Shown one piece after another: positions 46,557 through 57,524 of a DNA stretch of 64,000 nt. Location: assembly GCA_965261395.1 (NCBI GenBank), contig OZ253462.1, positions 832,001 to 896,000 of the forward strand. The letters are read 5' to 3'. Source of the stretch: Candidatus Latescibacterota bacterium. GTDB taxonomy: Bacteria > Latescibacterota > UBA2968 > UBA8231. A model generated the notes under the pieces. That model was not told the origin of the DNA. It did no database searches and worked only from the letters and a program-made list of their open reading frames with translations. The position numbers were made by a program, and so were the translations under genes. Every line of letters begins with the position of its first letter. The stretch's first letter is position 1.

Positions 46557-49500
46557 ATGTTCCCCAAATTGATATTAGTGCTTCTCCTCTGCCTAAGCAC
46601 CCAGAGCTGGGCGCAAACAAGCGCAGATGACGACTTTAAACTGGCCCGCAATCTCTTCCGGGACGCCGGCGACTATGCCACGGCCGCCGCGTTATTCGCC
46701 GAGTTTATTCACAACTATCCCGATTATCCGCAACTGGCCGAGGCCCGCTTGATGCTAGCGCGTGCGTACCGCCAGAGCGGCCGTTGCGACCTAGCGGCAC
46801 CTGCCTACGAGACGTTTTGTCTCGAACATCCCGATCACTTGAGTACCGCCGACGCACAGCGCGAGCGAGCGGCCTGTTTGGCTGAACAAGGTGAATACTT
46901 GCTGGCTGCTCGGTCATACGAAGAGGTGCAGCGTCGTTTCAGTGCCAGCAAATTCGCCGCCAGTGCCCTGATTGACGCAGCAGTCAATTATACCCGCGCT
47001 GAAAATTTGCGGCAAGCCGAAGCGGCTTATGGACGTCTGCTGACCGACTACGCGACTTCTGCCCAAGTGCATTTAGCTCGCTATCGGATGGCCCAGTTGC
47101 GGTTTGCCGCTGGTCGGGCCGAAGAAGCTCAACAGCTACTCGAGCAAATCGCCGCCACGGCACCGCCGCCGCCTGAGGCCCCTAGCGCCCTGCTCCTTGG
47201 AGGGCGCATCGCGCTCTTTATGGGCAACAGGGAAACCGCTGAGAAGCAATTCAAATCGCTGGAGCGGCGCTTTCCCGCGGCGGCGCAGACCGACAGCGCC
47301 TATCTAGATCGCGCAGAATATCTCTACAGATCGCGCCTCTTTAGCCAAGCCGGGGACGCCTATCAGCGGGCCTATAAAAAAATTGACGACCGCTCCCTCA
47401 AAGAACACGCGCTCCTAGGGCTAGCCGATGCCCGCCGCCAGAGTCATCAGACGGATAAAGCCATCGCCCATTACAACGAGGTAAGCGCCGCGCTCCAACC
47501 CGACCACCCCGCTTACCTCAAGGCGCAGCTAGGCCGAGCCATCGCGCTAGGCCAAGCTGGACAATTCGCCCTCGCAGTAGGTCTGTTTCAAGGATTGATC
47601 CAGACCGGTGACAGCCCCGAAGCCACCAGTGCTCTGAGGGAACTGGGCGTCCTCTACAAGCGGCGCGGCGACCACAGCCGAGCGATAACTTGGTATCGCC
47701 GCTACCTACAGGAAGCCGATGCGGCCGCCGACGCCGTGCGCTTTGAGCTCGCCGAACTCTATGCCTCAACCGGCTACTACGAAGAAGCCATCGCTCTCTA
47801 TCGCCGGCTCGCTGCGGGCCAAGGCGAGGTAGCAACCAGAGCGCAATTCGCCCTCGCCCAAACCTTTGAGCAAAGTGGACAGCCGAGTACGGCGTTGCGC
47901 GAATATGTGGCCTTTCTCGAACTCTTCCCCGCCGACCGCCAGAGCGAGGAGGTGCGCCAGCGAATCGAATATCTGCGCGAGTTCTCCGTCTTGGACCCGG
48001 CCGGCCTCAACTGGGCCTTACAAAAAGCCTGGATCGACGAGTTAAGCGGCAAGTCGCGCCGGCTAGTGCAGCTAGATGTCGCCCGGGTGCTATTCTCGCA
48101 CCACGATTTTGTAGCTGCCGCCCAATCTTTCAAACACTACGCCTCGGCCTATCCAGGCGACCACAATAACAACGAGGCACAGTACTTTCTGGCCGAAAGC
48201 CTGCTCCGGCTCGCCCGCCAACGCCAGCTAGAGGCGCAGCCTGCCAGCGCGGACTCGCTGCGGGCTCTAGCCCTACGGGAATACCGCGTTCTTGTCGAGC
48301 AAGCCCCCACTGACAGTACTATGCTCGCCGAGCAAGCCCCCACTGACAGTACTATGCTCGCCGAGCAAGCCCCCACTGACAGCACTTGGGCCCGGCGTGC
48401 ACGACTGCGCCTCATTAAAATCGAAGCCGAGGACAGCCCCGATTCGCTGCGGTTATCCACTCTCGAAGCGGGGGTTGCCGCTTTTGTCGCCGAGTTTTCC
48501 GAGCTCCGAGGGACTGACCTAGACCAAGCCCTTTTGCAGCTAGGCGATGCCCGCCGCCAGCTCGGGGCGGCCGATAGCACTTGGCTCGACGGGGCCATTG
48601 CGGCCTACGACCAGCTCCGCCGGCTCTCTTCTGACAATCCACTCGTACCCCACGCTCTGTACGGCAAGAGTCTTTGCCTAGTACAAAAAGGCCAACACAA
48701 GGCAGCAGCCGACTTGCTCGATCACGTTTTGCAAGACTATCCCGATAGTCCGCTGACGGCACCGGTGCTCTTTGAGATGGGCCATATCCGCTTGGCGCAG
48801 GAGCGGCCCCAAGAAGCTATCGCCCGACTGCAAGAGCTGCGCTGGGGCTACCCGGCCTTTTCCCAGCGCCGCGCCGCGCAGAAACTGTTGGGCGACACCT
48901 ATTTTCAGCTCGGTCAATACGCCGCCGCCATCGAGTTGTACCAGCCGCTGGCCTCCAGTTCGACGATTACCGATGACAGAGGGCCGATCCTCCGACGAAT
49001 GGGCCGTGCGTACCATCATCTCAACCGTTATGGCGAGGCCATGGCGACCTATCGGCAAATACTCGCCGAAGAGCCAAACCCGGCTGGGCTAGACAGCATT
49101 TACTTCTCCCAAGCGATACTGCAATTGGGGCTAGGGCAAGAAGACGAGGCATCTCGGCTCTTCCAAAAGGTAGGCCGAGAGTTTGCATCAGGGGGATTGG
49201 CGGCCGAAGCCTCGGCGCGGGCCGGTCACATCGCCTTTGCCCGACAGCAATACAAAAAAGCCTACCAACTCTATCAGCCGCTGCTGGAGCAGAGCGAGGA
49301 TATCTTGATCCACGGACAAGCCGTCCTCTCCCTGTTCCGAGTCAAGCGCCTAGAGGAGGGGCGCAAAGCAGCCAAGCGCTTTGCCAAGCGCTTCAAGGAG
49401 GAGACGGAATGGCACCAACTCTTCCGGGTTGAGGAAGGGAAATACTATTTGCAGGCTGGCAACTACAAGAAGGCGTACGAGCTGTTTCAAGCGGTGGAAA

Positions 49501-50279
49501 AACAAGGAGGTACGTGGGCCGACGACGGGGCTTATTGGATGGCCGTGACCCTGTGGAAGCGAAACAAGGTGACGCCTAGCGAGGAAGGGGCGGCGTATGC
49601 TTTGGAGGCCATATCGCGCTTTGTACGGGAATATCCGACGAGTCCCCATGTAGCCGATGCCTACTTGCGCCTAGGCGGCTACCACTTTTCGCTGCACAAC
49701 TTCCTGCAAGCGGCAGGGGCCTACAAACACGTCTTGGATGCGCCAGAAGTCAGTCGCGAACAGGCCCAAGATGCGCTTTGGAACCTCCTCAAGAGCTACC
49801 AAAGCGCCCACGAGTACGAGGCCGCTCATCAAGTAGCTAATCAGCTACTGAGTCAGTTCCCCGAGCACCCCAAAGCCGTTGATGTCCAACTAGAACTGGG
49901 TGTCATCCTCAAGAATAAGGGCCAATACGCCCAAGCCGTTGAACAGCTAGACGACCTGCTCTCTCAACAGCTACTCGATGGCAATAGTGCTTCCGAAGCC
50001 CGGTTTTACATCGGCGAATCCTATCAGAACATGGGCGAGTACCGCAAAGCTATCCAAGCCTATTACAAAGTCAGCTACCACGGCGCCGAGGGACTCAGCA
50101 TGTGGATCACCTCGGCGGATTTCCAGCGCGCCCGCTGCCATGAATCGCTGGGCGAACACGCTACGGCCATGACCATCTACGAGCGCATCGCACGTCGCGA
50201 AGGGGGCCAGAGTCCACAGGGAGCGCTAGCCCGCGAGCGGATCGAGACCCTGCGCCGCAAGCTGGAAACCCTCAACTGA
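46557..50279 (+). CDS. Large secreted tetratricopeptide-repeat protein
   Basis: Signal peptide; many TPR-like helices ('YPDSPLTAPVLFEMG', 'EARFYIGESY'). Confidence 0.9.
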   Translation: MFPKLILVLLLCLSTQSWAQTSADDDFKLARNLFRDAGDYATAAALFAEFIHNYPDYPQLAEARLMLARAYRQSGRCDLAAPAYETFCLEHPDHLSTADAQRERAACLAEQGEYLLAARSYEEVQRRFSASKFAASALIDAAVNYTRAENLRQAEAAYGRLLTDYATSAQVHLARYRMAQLRFAAGRAEEAQQLLEQIAATAPPPPEAPSALLLGGRIALFMGNRETAEKQFKSLERRFPAAAQTDSAYLDRAEYLYRSRLFSQAGDAYQRAYKKIDDRSLKEHALLGLADARRQSHQTDKAIAHYNEVSAALQPDHPAYLKAQLGRAIALGQAGQFALAVGLFQGLIQTGDSPEATSALRELGVLYKRRGDHSRAITWYRRYLQEADAAADAVRFELAELYASTGYYEEAIALYRRLAAGQGEVATRAQFALAQTFEQSGQPSTALREYVAFLELFPADRQSEEVRQRIEYLREFSVLDPAGLNWALQKAWIDELSGKSRRLVQLDVARVLFSHHDFVAAAQSFKHYASAYPGDHNNNEAQYFLAESLLRLARQRQLEAQPASADSLRALALREYRVLVEQAPTDSTMLAEQAPTDSTMLAEQAPTDSTWARRARLRLIKIEAEDSPDSLRLSTLEAGVAAFVAEFSELRGTDLDQALLQLGDARRQLGAADSTWLDGAIAAYDQLRRLSSDNPLVPHALYGKSLCLVQKGQHKAAADLLDHVLQDYPDSPLTAPVLFEMGHIRLAQERPQEAIARLQELRWGYPAFSQRRAAQKLLGDTYFQLGQYAAAIELYQPLASSSTITDDRGPILRRMGRAYHHLNRYGEAMATYRQILAEEPNPAGLDSIYFSQAILQLGLGQEDEASRLFQKVGREFASGGLAAEASARAGHIAFARQQYKKAYQLYQPLLEQSEDILIHGQAVLSLFRVKRLEEGRKAAKRFAKRFKEETEWHQLFRVEEGKYYLQAGNYKKAYELFQAVEKQGGTWADDGAYWMAVTLWKRNKVTPSEEGAAYALEAISRFVREYPTSPHVADAYLRLGGYHFSLHNFLQAAGAYKHVLDAPEVSREQAQDALWNLLKSYQSAHEYEAAHQVANQLLSQFPEHPKAVDVQLELGVILKNKGQYAQAVEQLDDLLSQQLLDGNSASEARFYIGESYQNMGEYRKAIQAYYKVSYHGAEGLSMWITSADFQRARCHESLGEHATAMTIYERIARREGGQSPQGALARERIETLRRKLETLN
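48288..48386 (+). repeat. In-frame 33-bp tandem repeat x3 (xLxEQAPTDST)
   Basis: VLVEQAPTDST-MLAEQAPTDST-MLAEQAPTDST; units 2 and 3 nearly identical at DNA level. Confidence 0.92.
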
Positions 50280-50301
50280 GGCGACGCTAGCAGAGCGTTC
50301 C

Positions 50302-51876
50302 ATGGCCCCGACTCAACGTCACATTCTGCTCCTGACCCAGCGAGCAGAGCTGGAAGCGGAGTTCAAGTCCGCGATCCATAACGCGCGGCTACGTGTACTC
50401 AACGCGGCTAGCGGCGATGTGCTTGGGCCGCTGCGGCGGCGCGGAATAGATCTAGTCGCCTTTGATTTGGAACTTCCGCCCTCCGTCTTAGCAGAGGGCG
50501 TAGCCGCACTCGACCAGCACCGCGATGTACCCGTGTTAGGCTTGGGCAACGCCGATGAGAACTGGGATCGACTTTTGTGGGGCTCGCCTCTCAAAGACCA
50601 AGTCGCCGTGCCCTTTGAGGCCGAAGTCTTGCGCCAACATCTGGACCAGCTACTAGAGCGAGGCGACTTTTTGCAAGGGGTCGAGCTGGTGGGTCAGTCG
50701 CCCTTAATGCGCCAATTGCGCGAACGCATCTTAATCGTGGCACCGACGCCGGTTTCCTCTATCCTTCTGACGGGCGAAAGCGGCACCGGCAAGGACCTAG
50801 TCGCCGAAGCGCTACATCGCTACAGTAGCCGGTGCGAACATCCTTTCCGCCCGCTCAACTGCGGTGCCATTCCGGAGAATCTGCTGGAAAACGAACTCTT
50901 CGGGCACGAGAAAGGGGCCTTCACCGACGCCCGCGCCCAATACCAAGGCATCTTTGAACAAGCGAACCGCGGAACGGTCTTCCTAGACGAAATCGGCGAG
51001 ATGTCGCTGGCGGCGCAAGTGCGCCTCTTGCGGGTCCTCGAACAGCGCGAGGTTGCCCGCATCGGCGGCAGCGCGCCTATCTCGGTGGATATTCGCGTCA
51101 TTGCCGCGACCAACCGCGACCTACAAAAGGCGATTGACCAGCGCGAGTTCCGCCTCGACCTCTACCACCGGCTCAAGGTCGTCGAACTCGACATCCCCCC
51201 GCTACGCCGCCGGGCCGAAGACATTCCCCTCTTGATCGAGCACTTCACCGGCGAGTTTACCCAGGGGAACAAGAGCCGCCTAGAGGGGTTCTCGTCCGCG
51301 GCGATTGACCTTTTGCAAAGCTATGCCTGGCCTGGCAATGTGCGCGAGTTGCGCAACCTAATCGAGCACTTGGTCTTCCTCGCTCCGCGTGCCCTCGTCG
51401 AACCCGAAGACCTATTCCTCCACCTCGGGATTCAGCCCACGCGCCATTTACCAGTACCAACCAACAAGACGCCGGATCAATCCGAGCGCGAGTTGATCTA
51501 CTTTGCTCTATTGGATCTCAAGCGCGAGGTCGCCGAGCTAAGGGCCTCGGTCGAGCGCAATGCCCCCATGATGCCCTCCCCTACGCCTCCCGTAGCACCA
51601 GCGGTCGTTCAGCCGGTCGCGCGAGAGGAATCAAGTCAACCAATCTACCCGGTTGAGGACGCCCCATATAATCCCTCAGACCTCCAGAGGCCCGCGGCAA
51701 TACGCATCTCCGAAAACGCAGCTATTGAGCCTTTGCGCACACTCAAAGACAGGGAGCGGGAAGCCATCGAACAGGCACTCGGCCGCGTCGGCGGCAATCG
51801 CCGGAAGGCAGCGGCAATCCTCGGCATCAGCGCCCGCACTCTCTACCGGAAGTTGAAGGAATACGACCTCGAATGA
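50302..51876 (+). CDS. Sigma54-dependent transcriptional activator (receiver-like, AAA+, Fis HTH)
   Basis: 'GESGTGKD', 'ELFGHEKGAFTDA', 'FLDEIGEM', 'WPGNVRELRN', 'GISARTLYRKLKEY'. Confidence 0.93.
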   Translation: MAPTQRHILLLTQRAELEAEFKSAIHNARLRVLNAASGDVLGPLRRRGIDLVAFDLELPPSVLAEGVAALDQHRDVPVLGLGNADENWDRLLWGSPLKDQVAVPFEAEVLRQHLDQLLERGDFLQGVELVGQSPLMRQLRERILIVAPTPVSSILLTGESGTGKDLVAEALHRYSSRCEHPFRPLNCGAIPENLLENELFGHEKGAFTDARAQYQGIFEQANRGTVFLDEIGEMSLAAQVRLLRVLEQREVARIGGSAPISVDIRVIAATNRDLQKAIDQREFRLDLYHRLKVVELDIPPLRRRAEDIPLLIEHFTGEFTQGNKSRLEGFSSAAIDLLQSYAWPGNVRELRNLIEHLVFLAPRALVEPEDLFLHLGIQPTRHLPVPTNKTPDQSERELIYFALLDLKREVAELRASVERNAPMMPSPTPPVAPAVVQPVAREESSQPIYPVEDAPYNPSDLQRPAAIRISENAAIEPLRTLKDREREAIEQALGRVGGNRRKAAAILGISARTLYRKLKEYDLE

Positions 51877-53354
51877 GGTGGCGAGACTCGCTAAATCCCT
51901 CCGCCCTGTTCAGCACGTGCCGCCCGTGGGTAGGCATCGCCTTTGCCGCGTTGCTCGCGAGCGGGTGCCCGGCCGGGGCGCAAATGCCGGTGGAGAGTAC
52001 CCGGCCACTGGCGGATCTCAGCAGGGCTTTTCGCCACGCCTATGAACAAGTGCGCTCGGCCGTGGTTTTGATCGAGGCGACGGCCCGACCTCGGCCGAAG
52101 CGCGCATTGCCCCCCTTCCACCCGGAAATTCCCGACGAAGACTTTCGCGGCATCGGTTCGGGTACTATCGTCAGCGACGACGGCTACATTCTGAGCAATT
52201 ACCACGTCGTCGCCGGTGCCGACTCCATCCAAGTCACTCTCGCTGACCGCCGCACCTATCAGGCCGAGGTCATCGGCTTCGATTCGCTGATTGACATCGC
52301 CCTGCTCAAGGTTGAGGCGCAGGGGTTGCCTACGGTACAGTTGGCCGATTCAGACCTGTTGCAAATAGGCGACTGGGTGCTGGCCATTGGCCATCCCTTG
52401 GGCATGGGGTCAACGCTGACGCACGGCATCGTCAGCGCCCTAGGGCGCCAAGCAGGCATTTTCAACCGCAGAAGCGACGAAGAAAATCGCTACGCCATAG
52501 AGAGTTTCATCCAGACCAATGCCGTGATTAACCCCGGCAACTCCGGCGGCCCTCTACTCGACCTACAGGGCAGAGTCGTAGGGATCAACACGGCCATTTC
52601 AACGCGCACTGGTTACTACATCGGCTATGGGCTGGCTGTGCCGATCAACTTGGCACGCGAAGTGGTGGATGATCTGCTAGTCCACGGCCGGATCGTACGC
52701 GGCCATTTGGGCGTGGCCATGGCCCCTGAGATAACCCAAGAGCTAATCCGCGAGCACGGCCTCGATATGGAACGGCCGCGGGGCGTTTACCTCATCCAGG
52801 TGCAGCCCAACAGCCCCGCCGAGCGCGGTGGTCTGCTCGTCGGGGACGTCGTACTGTCGCTCGATGGTATTGCGGTGAACCACTTCAACCACCTGCAGAC
52901 GCTGATCTACGGCCGCGACCCAGGCGAGACGGTCAACCTGCAAATCATCCGCCAGAGCCAAATCCGCCAAGTCGCCGTGGTGCTCGGCGAGCGCGAAGAC
53001 GACCGGCGTCTCTCCGAGGGCCATCAGCGGTTGGCGCAGCTAGGGCTCTCGGTTGAATCCCTGCCCGCCGACTTGGCCACCGAGTTGGGCTTTGTCGGCG
53101 ACTTGGCGGCTGGACTGGGTTTTACACAAGGACAGGAGCCGGTGGTGGTAGTTGGCGTGGATCCGGACGGGCTGGCAGCGGACAAAGGCATCCAAGTGCG
53201 CGATGTGATTACCGAAGTGGATCAGGAGCGCGTTACCTCACTGGAGCAATTTGTGCGCTTTGTTTCCGAACTGGAAGAGGGACAGTCTGCGTTGTTTTGG
53301 CTTTGGCGGCCCGAGAACGGAATCGATGTCCGGGCGCTGAGGATTCCGGAGTAA
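51873..53354 (+). CDS. HtrA/DegP-like serine protease with PDZ domains
   Basis: 'NYHVV', 'DIALLK', 'INPGNSGGPL', two PDZ-like regions. Confidence 0.93.
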   Translation: MRWRDSLNPSALFSTCRPWVGIAFAALLASGCPAGAQMPVESTRPLADLSRAFRHAYEQVRSAVVLIEATARPRPKRALPPFHPEIPDEDFRGIGSGTIVSDDGYILSNYHVVAGADSIQVTLADRRTYQAEVIGFDSLIDIALLKVEAQGLPTVQLADSDLLQIGDWVLAIGHPLGMGSTLTHGIVSALGRQAGIFNRRSDEENRYAIESFIQTNAVINPGNSGGPLLDLQGRVVGINTAISTRTGYYIGYGLAVPINLAREVVDDLLVHGRIVRGHLGVAMAPEITQELIREHGLDMERPRGVYLIQVQPNSPAERGGLLVGDVVLSLDGIAVNHFNHLQTLIYGRDPGETVNLQIIRQSQIRQVAVVLGEREDDRRLSEGHQRLAQLGLSVESLPADLATELGFVGDLAAGLGFTQGQEPVVVVGVDPDGLAADKGIQVRDVITEVDQERVTSLEQFVRFVSELEEGQSALFWLWRPENGIDVRALRIPE

Positions 53355-53358
53355 AATC

Positions 53359-54498
53359 ATGATGCACGACCTAAAAGGCACCGATGCCCTGCTGATAATC
53401 GGCAGCAGCGAACGCTGCGCCAATCTGTTCTACGCCACCCGCTTTCGCGCTCCCGATCCCTTCGTCTTTCTGTGGACCTCCAGCGAAAAACTTATGCTCG
53501 CCAACAACCTCGAAATTGACCGTGCGCGCGACCAAGCCTGCGTCAACCGGGTATTGCCTTATGCCCAGTACGAGGAGCGGGCCAAGGAAAGAGGCCAGGA
53601 GCGGCCCAACGGCAAAGCCGTCTTGTTGGAACTTTTGCGCGATCTAGGCTTGGAGAAGCTGCAAGTACCCGCTGATTTTCCCCTTGCTACGGCCGATTTT
53701 CTGCGAGGAGAGGGCGTCGAGCTCGCCATTGCGGCCGAGCCGCTCTTTCCCCAGCGCAAAATCAAGGACGCCGAAGAGATCGTGGGCATGCGCCGGGCCA
53801 TGCGGGCCGCCGAAGCGGGAATGGAAACGGCGATTGAGGGGCTGCGCGCAGCCGATGTGCGCGACGGCGTGCTCTTCCTCAACGGCGCCGTACTCACTTC
53901 AGAGCGATTGCGGCGCATGGTGCATCAGACGCTAATGGACTGCGACAGCATTGGCGAACATACCATCATCGCCAGCGGCGACCAAGGCTGCGACCCACAC
54001 CAAGTGGGCTTTGGGCCTTTGCGCGCCAGTGAGACCATCATCATCGACATTTTTCCACGCGACGAGGCGAGCGGCTACTACGGAGACCTGACGCGGACCG
54101 TTTGTAAGGGGCAGGCATCCAAGCCGATGCAGCACCTATACGAAACCGTGCTGGAGGCGCAACAATTAGGCTTAGACCACATCCGCCCGGGTGCTGAAGG
54201 CCACCTTATTCACGAATCAATCCAACGGTTTTTCGGCGATGCCGGCTACGAGACGGGAGAAAAAGATGGCTATATGCAGGGCTACATCCACAGCACTGGT
54301 CATGGGTTAGGTCTGGAGATCCACGAGGAGCCGAGGATCGGCCCGCACGGCGATGTGCTTGAGTCAGGCCATGTCGTGACGATGGAACCGGGACTCTACT
54401 ACCGAGGCTTAGGGGGCGTGCGGATCGAAGATACGGTCGTCGTTTGCCAAGGCGGCTATGAAAACCTATCCAGCCTGCCCAAGGTGCTCGAAGTGTGA
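53359..54498 (+). CDS. Xaa-Pro aminopeptidase (M24 family)
   Basis: 'IIIDIFP', 'YYGDLTRT', 'HSTGHGLGLEIHE', 'EPGLY...GGVRIED'. Confidence 0.93.
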   Translation: MMHDLKGTDALLIIGSSERCANLFYATRFRAPDPFVFLWTSSEKLMLANNLEIDRARDQACVNRVLPYAQYEERAKERGQERPNGKAVLLELLRDLGLEKLQVPADFPLATADFLRGEGVELAIAAEPLFPQRKIKDAEEIVGMRRAMRAAEAGMETAIEGLRAADVRDGVLFLNGAVLTSERLRRMVHQTLMDCDSIGEHTIIASGDQGCDPHQVGFGPLRASETIIIDIFPRDEASGYYGDLTRTVCKGQASKPMQHLYETVLEAQQLGLDHIRPGAEGHLIHESIQRFFGDAGYETGEKDGYMQGYIHSTGHGLGLEIHEEPRIGPHGDVLESGHVVTMEPGLYYRGLGGVRIEDTVVVCQGGYENLSSLPKVLEV

Positions 54499-54563
54499 AC
54501 GCGGTCCTTTCGCCAACAGGAGTACTCGTTGACAAAAAAGGAAAATTGAGCAGATTTACTCTT

Positions 54564-54998
54564 ATGCGACGACACAAATTCACCCTCGGCTCCCTAGTCA
54601 TTGCCGCTGGCTTGATCTACCTTTTTGCGGCCGGCTTCCAACAGTCGACGGCGACTCACATGACGCTGCAAACCCTGATGAACGGAGCTATCGACGCGGG
54701 CCAGCGCATCCAGCTAGGCGGCAGCACCGTGGTACCTGGTTCGATTGAGTGGGACCGGTATCGCTCGCGTCCCGAATTTGTGATTACCGACGGGCAACAC
54801 ACGCTGCGGGTGCGCTACATCGGACACGCAGTGCTGCCCGATACCTTCAAAGACGAGGCACTGGTAGTTCTCGAAGGCGAATACCAGCCAGCCGACCGGA
54901 TCTTTGACGCTGAGATCGTCTTTGCCAAGTGCCCCTCCAAATACGAGGGGCAAAGCTATGAAGGCCACGTGCAGGCGATGAATAGCCCGAGCGGCTAG
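54564..54998 (+). CDS. ccmE: Heme chaperone CcmE, CxxxY variant
   Basis: N-terminal TM, 'LPDTFKD...VVLEG', 'AKCPSKY'. Confidence 0.9.
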   Translation: MRRHKFTLGSLVIAAGLIYLFAAGFQQSTATHMTLQTLMNGAIDAGQRIQLGGSTVVPGSIEWDRYRSRPEFVITDGQHTLRVRYIGHAVLPDTFKDEALVVLEGEYQPADRIFDAEIVFAKCPSKYEGQSYEGHVQAMNSPSG

Positions 54999-55031
54999 CC
55001 CGCAGCACCTTTTGGCTTTTCCCGACATTTT

Positions 55032-57488
55032 ATGATTGATATCGGCTATTTTGCCTTGTGCCTGGCACTCCTAGCGTCCGGCTATGGGGTGCTGGCGTCG
55101 GCCCTCGGGGCAAGGCGTGGCCACTTGGGTCTGGTGCGCTCGGGCGAAAACGGGGTCTTGGCGACCTGTGCCCTGCTGACGCTAGCGGTTCTCGCCCTGT
55201 GGCACGCTCTCCTCTCTCACGACTTCCAAGTCGAGTACGTGGCCGAAAACAGCAACCGCGCCATGCCTTTGTTCTATTTAATGACGGCGCTGTGGGGTGG
55301 GCAGAACGGGTCGCTGTTGTTTTGGGGCTGGATCCTATCCATCTACTCAGCGGGCTTAGCGGCACTCTACCGCCAGCGCTATCGCGAATTGATGCCCTAT
55401 GCGCTGGCGACCCTATCCTTGACCAGCTTCTTCTTTTGCATCGTGCATCTGTTTGCCGCCGACCCGTTCCAGCGCCTGCCTTTCACGCCAGAGGACGGCC
55501 GCGGGCTCAACCCGATTCTGCAACACCCCGTCATGGCCATTCACCCGCCGATGCTTTACTTGGGGATGGTGGGCATGGTCGTACCCTTTGCCTTTGCCAT
55601 CGCCGCGCTCTTGGCTGGCAAATTGGACGCTACTTGGCTCCGCGCTTCGCGCCGCTGGATGCTCATTCCTTGGACCTTTCTCGGCTTCGGTCTCCTGCTA
55701 GGCGGCAAATGGGCCTATGTCGAACTGGGGTGGGGTGGATATTGGGGTTGGGATCCGGTAGAGAATTCCTCGCTGATGCCTTGGCTGGTCGCCACCGCGT
55801 TTCTGCACTCGATTATGATTCAAGAGCGCAAGGGCATGCTCAAGGTATGGAATGTGGCGCTGGCGATTCTCACCTACGCGCTGTGCATCTTCGGCACCTT
55901 TATGACCCGTAGCGGCATCATCTCCTCGGTTCACGCCTTTGCCCAATCCAATATCGGCCCTTTTTTCGGCACGTTCCTAGTCCTGACGCTGGTTTTTTCT
56001 TTTGGGCTTTTGTGGCTGCGGCGGCCCCTGCTCAAGGCCGAGAACCGCTTGGAATCGTTTGCCTCGCGCGAAACGGCTTTCTTGCTCAACAACTGGGTTC
56101 TCTTGGGGATGCTCTTCGCCGTGTTCTGGGGCACGGTCTTCCCGCTGGTCTCCGAAGCCTTGACCGACGAGCAAATCACGGTCGGCCCCCCCTTTTTCAA
56201 CCAAGTCACGATTCCCATCGGCCTGGTGCTCCTGTTGTTGACGGGTGCTGGTCCGCTCTTCGCTTGGCGCCGCACTTCCAGCGAAAGCCTGCGCAAAAAC
56301 TTCATCCGCCCGGTGACGGCGGGCGCACTTTCTTGCGGAGTCTTTTTTGCTCTCGGCGTGCGCGATCCCTATGTCGTGCTGTCGTTCGGGCTGTGCGTCT
56401 TCGTTCTCGTCGCGCTCACTTCCGAGTTCCACGCCGGCGCACGGGCGCGGATGCACAGTACGGGCGAGTCCTATCCGCTGGCATTGTATCGCCTCTGCGC
56501 CAAGAACCGGCGGCGTTACGGCGGGTATTTGACTCACCTCGGGCTGGTATTGCTCTTTGCTGGCTTCACCGGCAAAGCCTTTACCCAAGAAACCGAAGTT
56601 GTCCTCGACCAAGGGGCTTCGCGTCAAGTCGGCGAATACCGGATGACCTTCGCGTCGCTGGCCTTCGCCGAAAACCCCAACTACAGCACGACCGCCGCAG
56701 CCTTGGCCCTGCACCGCGGCGATCAATTCCTCGGCACGCTGCTGCCAGAGCGACGCTACTACCCGGCTTTTGACCAAGGAACCACTGAAGTCTCCATTTA
56801 CTCGACATGGCGCGAGGACTTCTATGTAATTCTGGTGGGGTCTGCCGAGGACCAAAGCGCCAAATTCCAAGTCTATATCAATCCGCTAATCAACTTTGTG
56901 TGGCTCGGTGCTGTCGTCCTAGTACTTGGCGCACTGTGGGCGATGTGGCCCACGCCACGAGACCGGCGGCTAGCTCGAATCGATCGCGAAACCGCAATGG
57001 ACTCGGCCATCGCACGGAGGTCTCGTACTTACGTATCCGTGCTCGCTGCATTGGCACTGGGCTTCTCGCCGGTAGGAGCAGCAACAACGGCGGAAATCAA
57101 GTCTGTGGCTGGGGAGTTGGTCTGTCTCTGCGGTAATTGCCCTCGGGAATCCCTAGCCACCTGTCTTTGCACCGACTTCGCCGTACCCGAACGCGAGGCG
57201 ATTGGCTTAGCCCTGGACCAAGGTCAAACTCGGCAGCAGATCGTCGATGGCTATGTAACGCGTTTTGGCTTGATGGTCTTAGTCACCCCGCCGCACGAGG
57301 GCTTTAACTTGCTGGCTTGGGTCGCGCCCTTTTTGGTTCTTTTGTTTGGCGTCGCCTTAGTACGCACACTGCTAGTTCGCTGGAAAGACCACGGCCAAGT
57401 GCCTCTACCGTCCAAGCCCCCTCCAGCCGACCATAGCCAAGACGCGGATCGCCTGAGACGCGAATTGGATCACTACGACGACGGCTAG
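55032..57488 (+). CDS. ccmF: Heme lyase CcmF fused to a C-terminal CcmH-like domain
   Basis: 'WGGQNGSLLFW', 'HPPMLYLG', 'WGGYWGWDPVENSS', 'SVHAF'; tail 'LVCLCGNC...CLC...YVTRFG.VL.TPP..GFNLLAW..P'. Confidence 0.92.
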   Translation: MIDIGYFALCLALLASGYGVLASALGARRGHLGLVRSGENGVLATCALLTLAVLALWHALLSHDFQVEYVAENSNRAMPLFYLMTALWGGQNGSLLFWGWILSIYSAGLAALYRQRYRELMPYALATLSLTSFFFCIVHLFAADPFQRLPFTPEDGRGLNPILQHPVMAIHPPMLYLGMVGMVVPFAFAIAALLAGKLDATWLRASRRWMLIPWTFLGFGLLLGGKWAYVELGWGGYWGWDPVENSSLMPWLVATAFLHSIMIQERKGMLKVWNVALAILTYALCIFGTFMTRSGIISSVHAFAQSNIGPFFGTFLVLTLVFSFGLLWLRRPLLKAENRLESFASRETAFLLNNWVLLGMLFAVFWGTVFPLVSEALTDEQITVGPPFFNQVTIPIGLVLLLLTGAGPLFAWRRTSSESLRKNFIRPVTAGALSCGVFFALGVRDPYVVLSFGLCVFVLVALTSEFHAGARARMHSTGESYPLALYRLCAKNRRRYGGYLTHLGLVLLFAGFTGKAFTQETEVVLDQGASRQVGEYRMTFASLAFAENPNYSTTAAALALHRGDQFLGTLLPERRYYPAFDQGTTEVSIYSTWREDFYVILVGSAEDQSAKFQVYINPLINFVWLGAVVLVLGALWAMWPTPRDRRLARIDRETAMDSAIARRSRTYVSVLAALALGFSPVGAATTAEIKSVAGELVCLCGNCPRESLATCLCTDFAVPEREAIGLALDQGQTRQQIVDGYVTRFGLMVLVTPPHEGFNLLAWVAPFLVLLFGVALVRTLLVRWKDHGQVPLPSKPPPADHSQDADRLRRELDHYDDG

Positions 57489-57524
57489 TTCGGCCAAACC
57501 GACGAGGGCCTGTGAGGGCCTTTT

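Noticed and set aside
48288-48386. 33-bp repeats as a CRISPR array
   Set aside because: Units are contiguous with no spacers, lie in frame inside a CDS, and no cas genes are present
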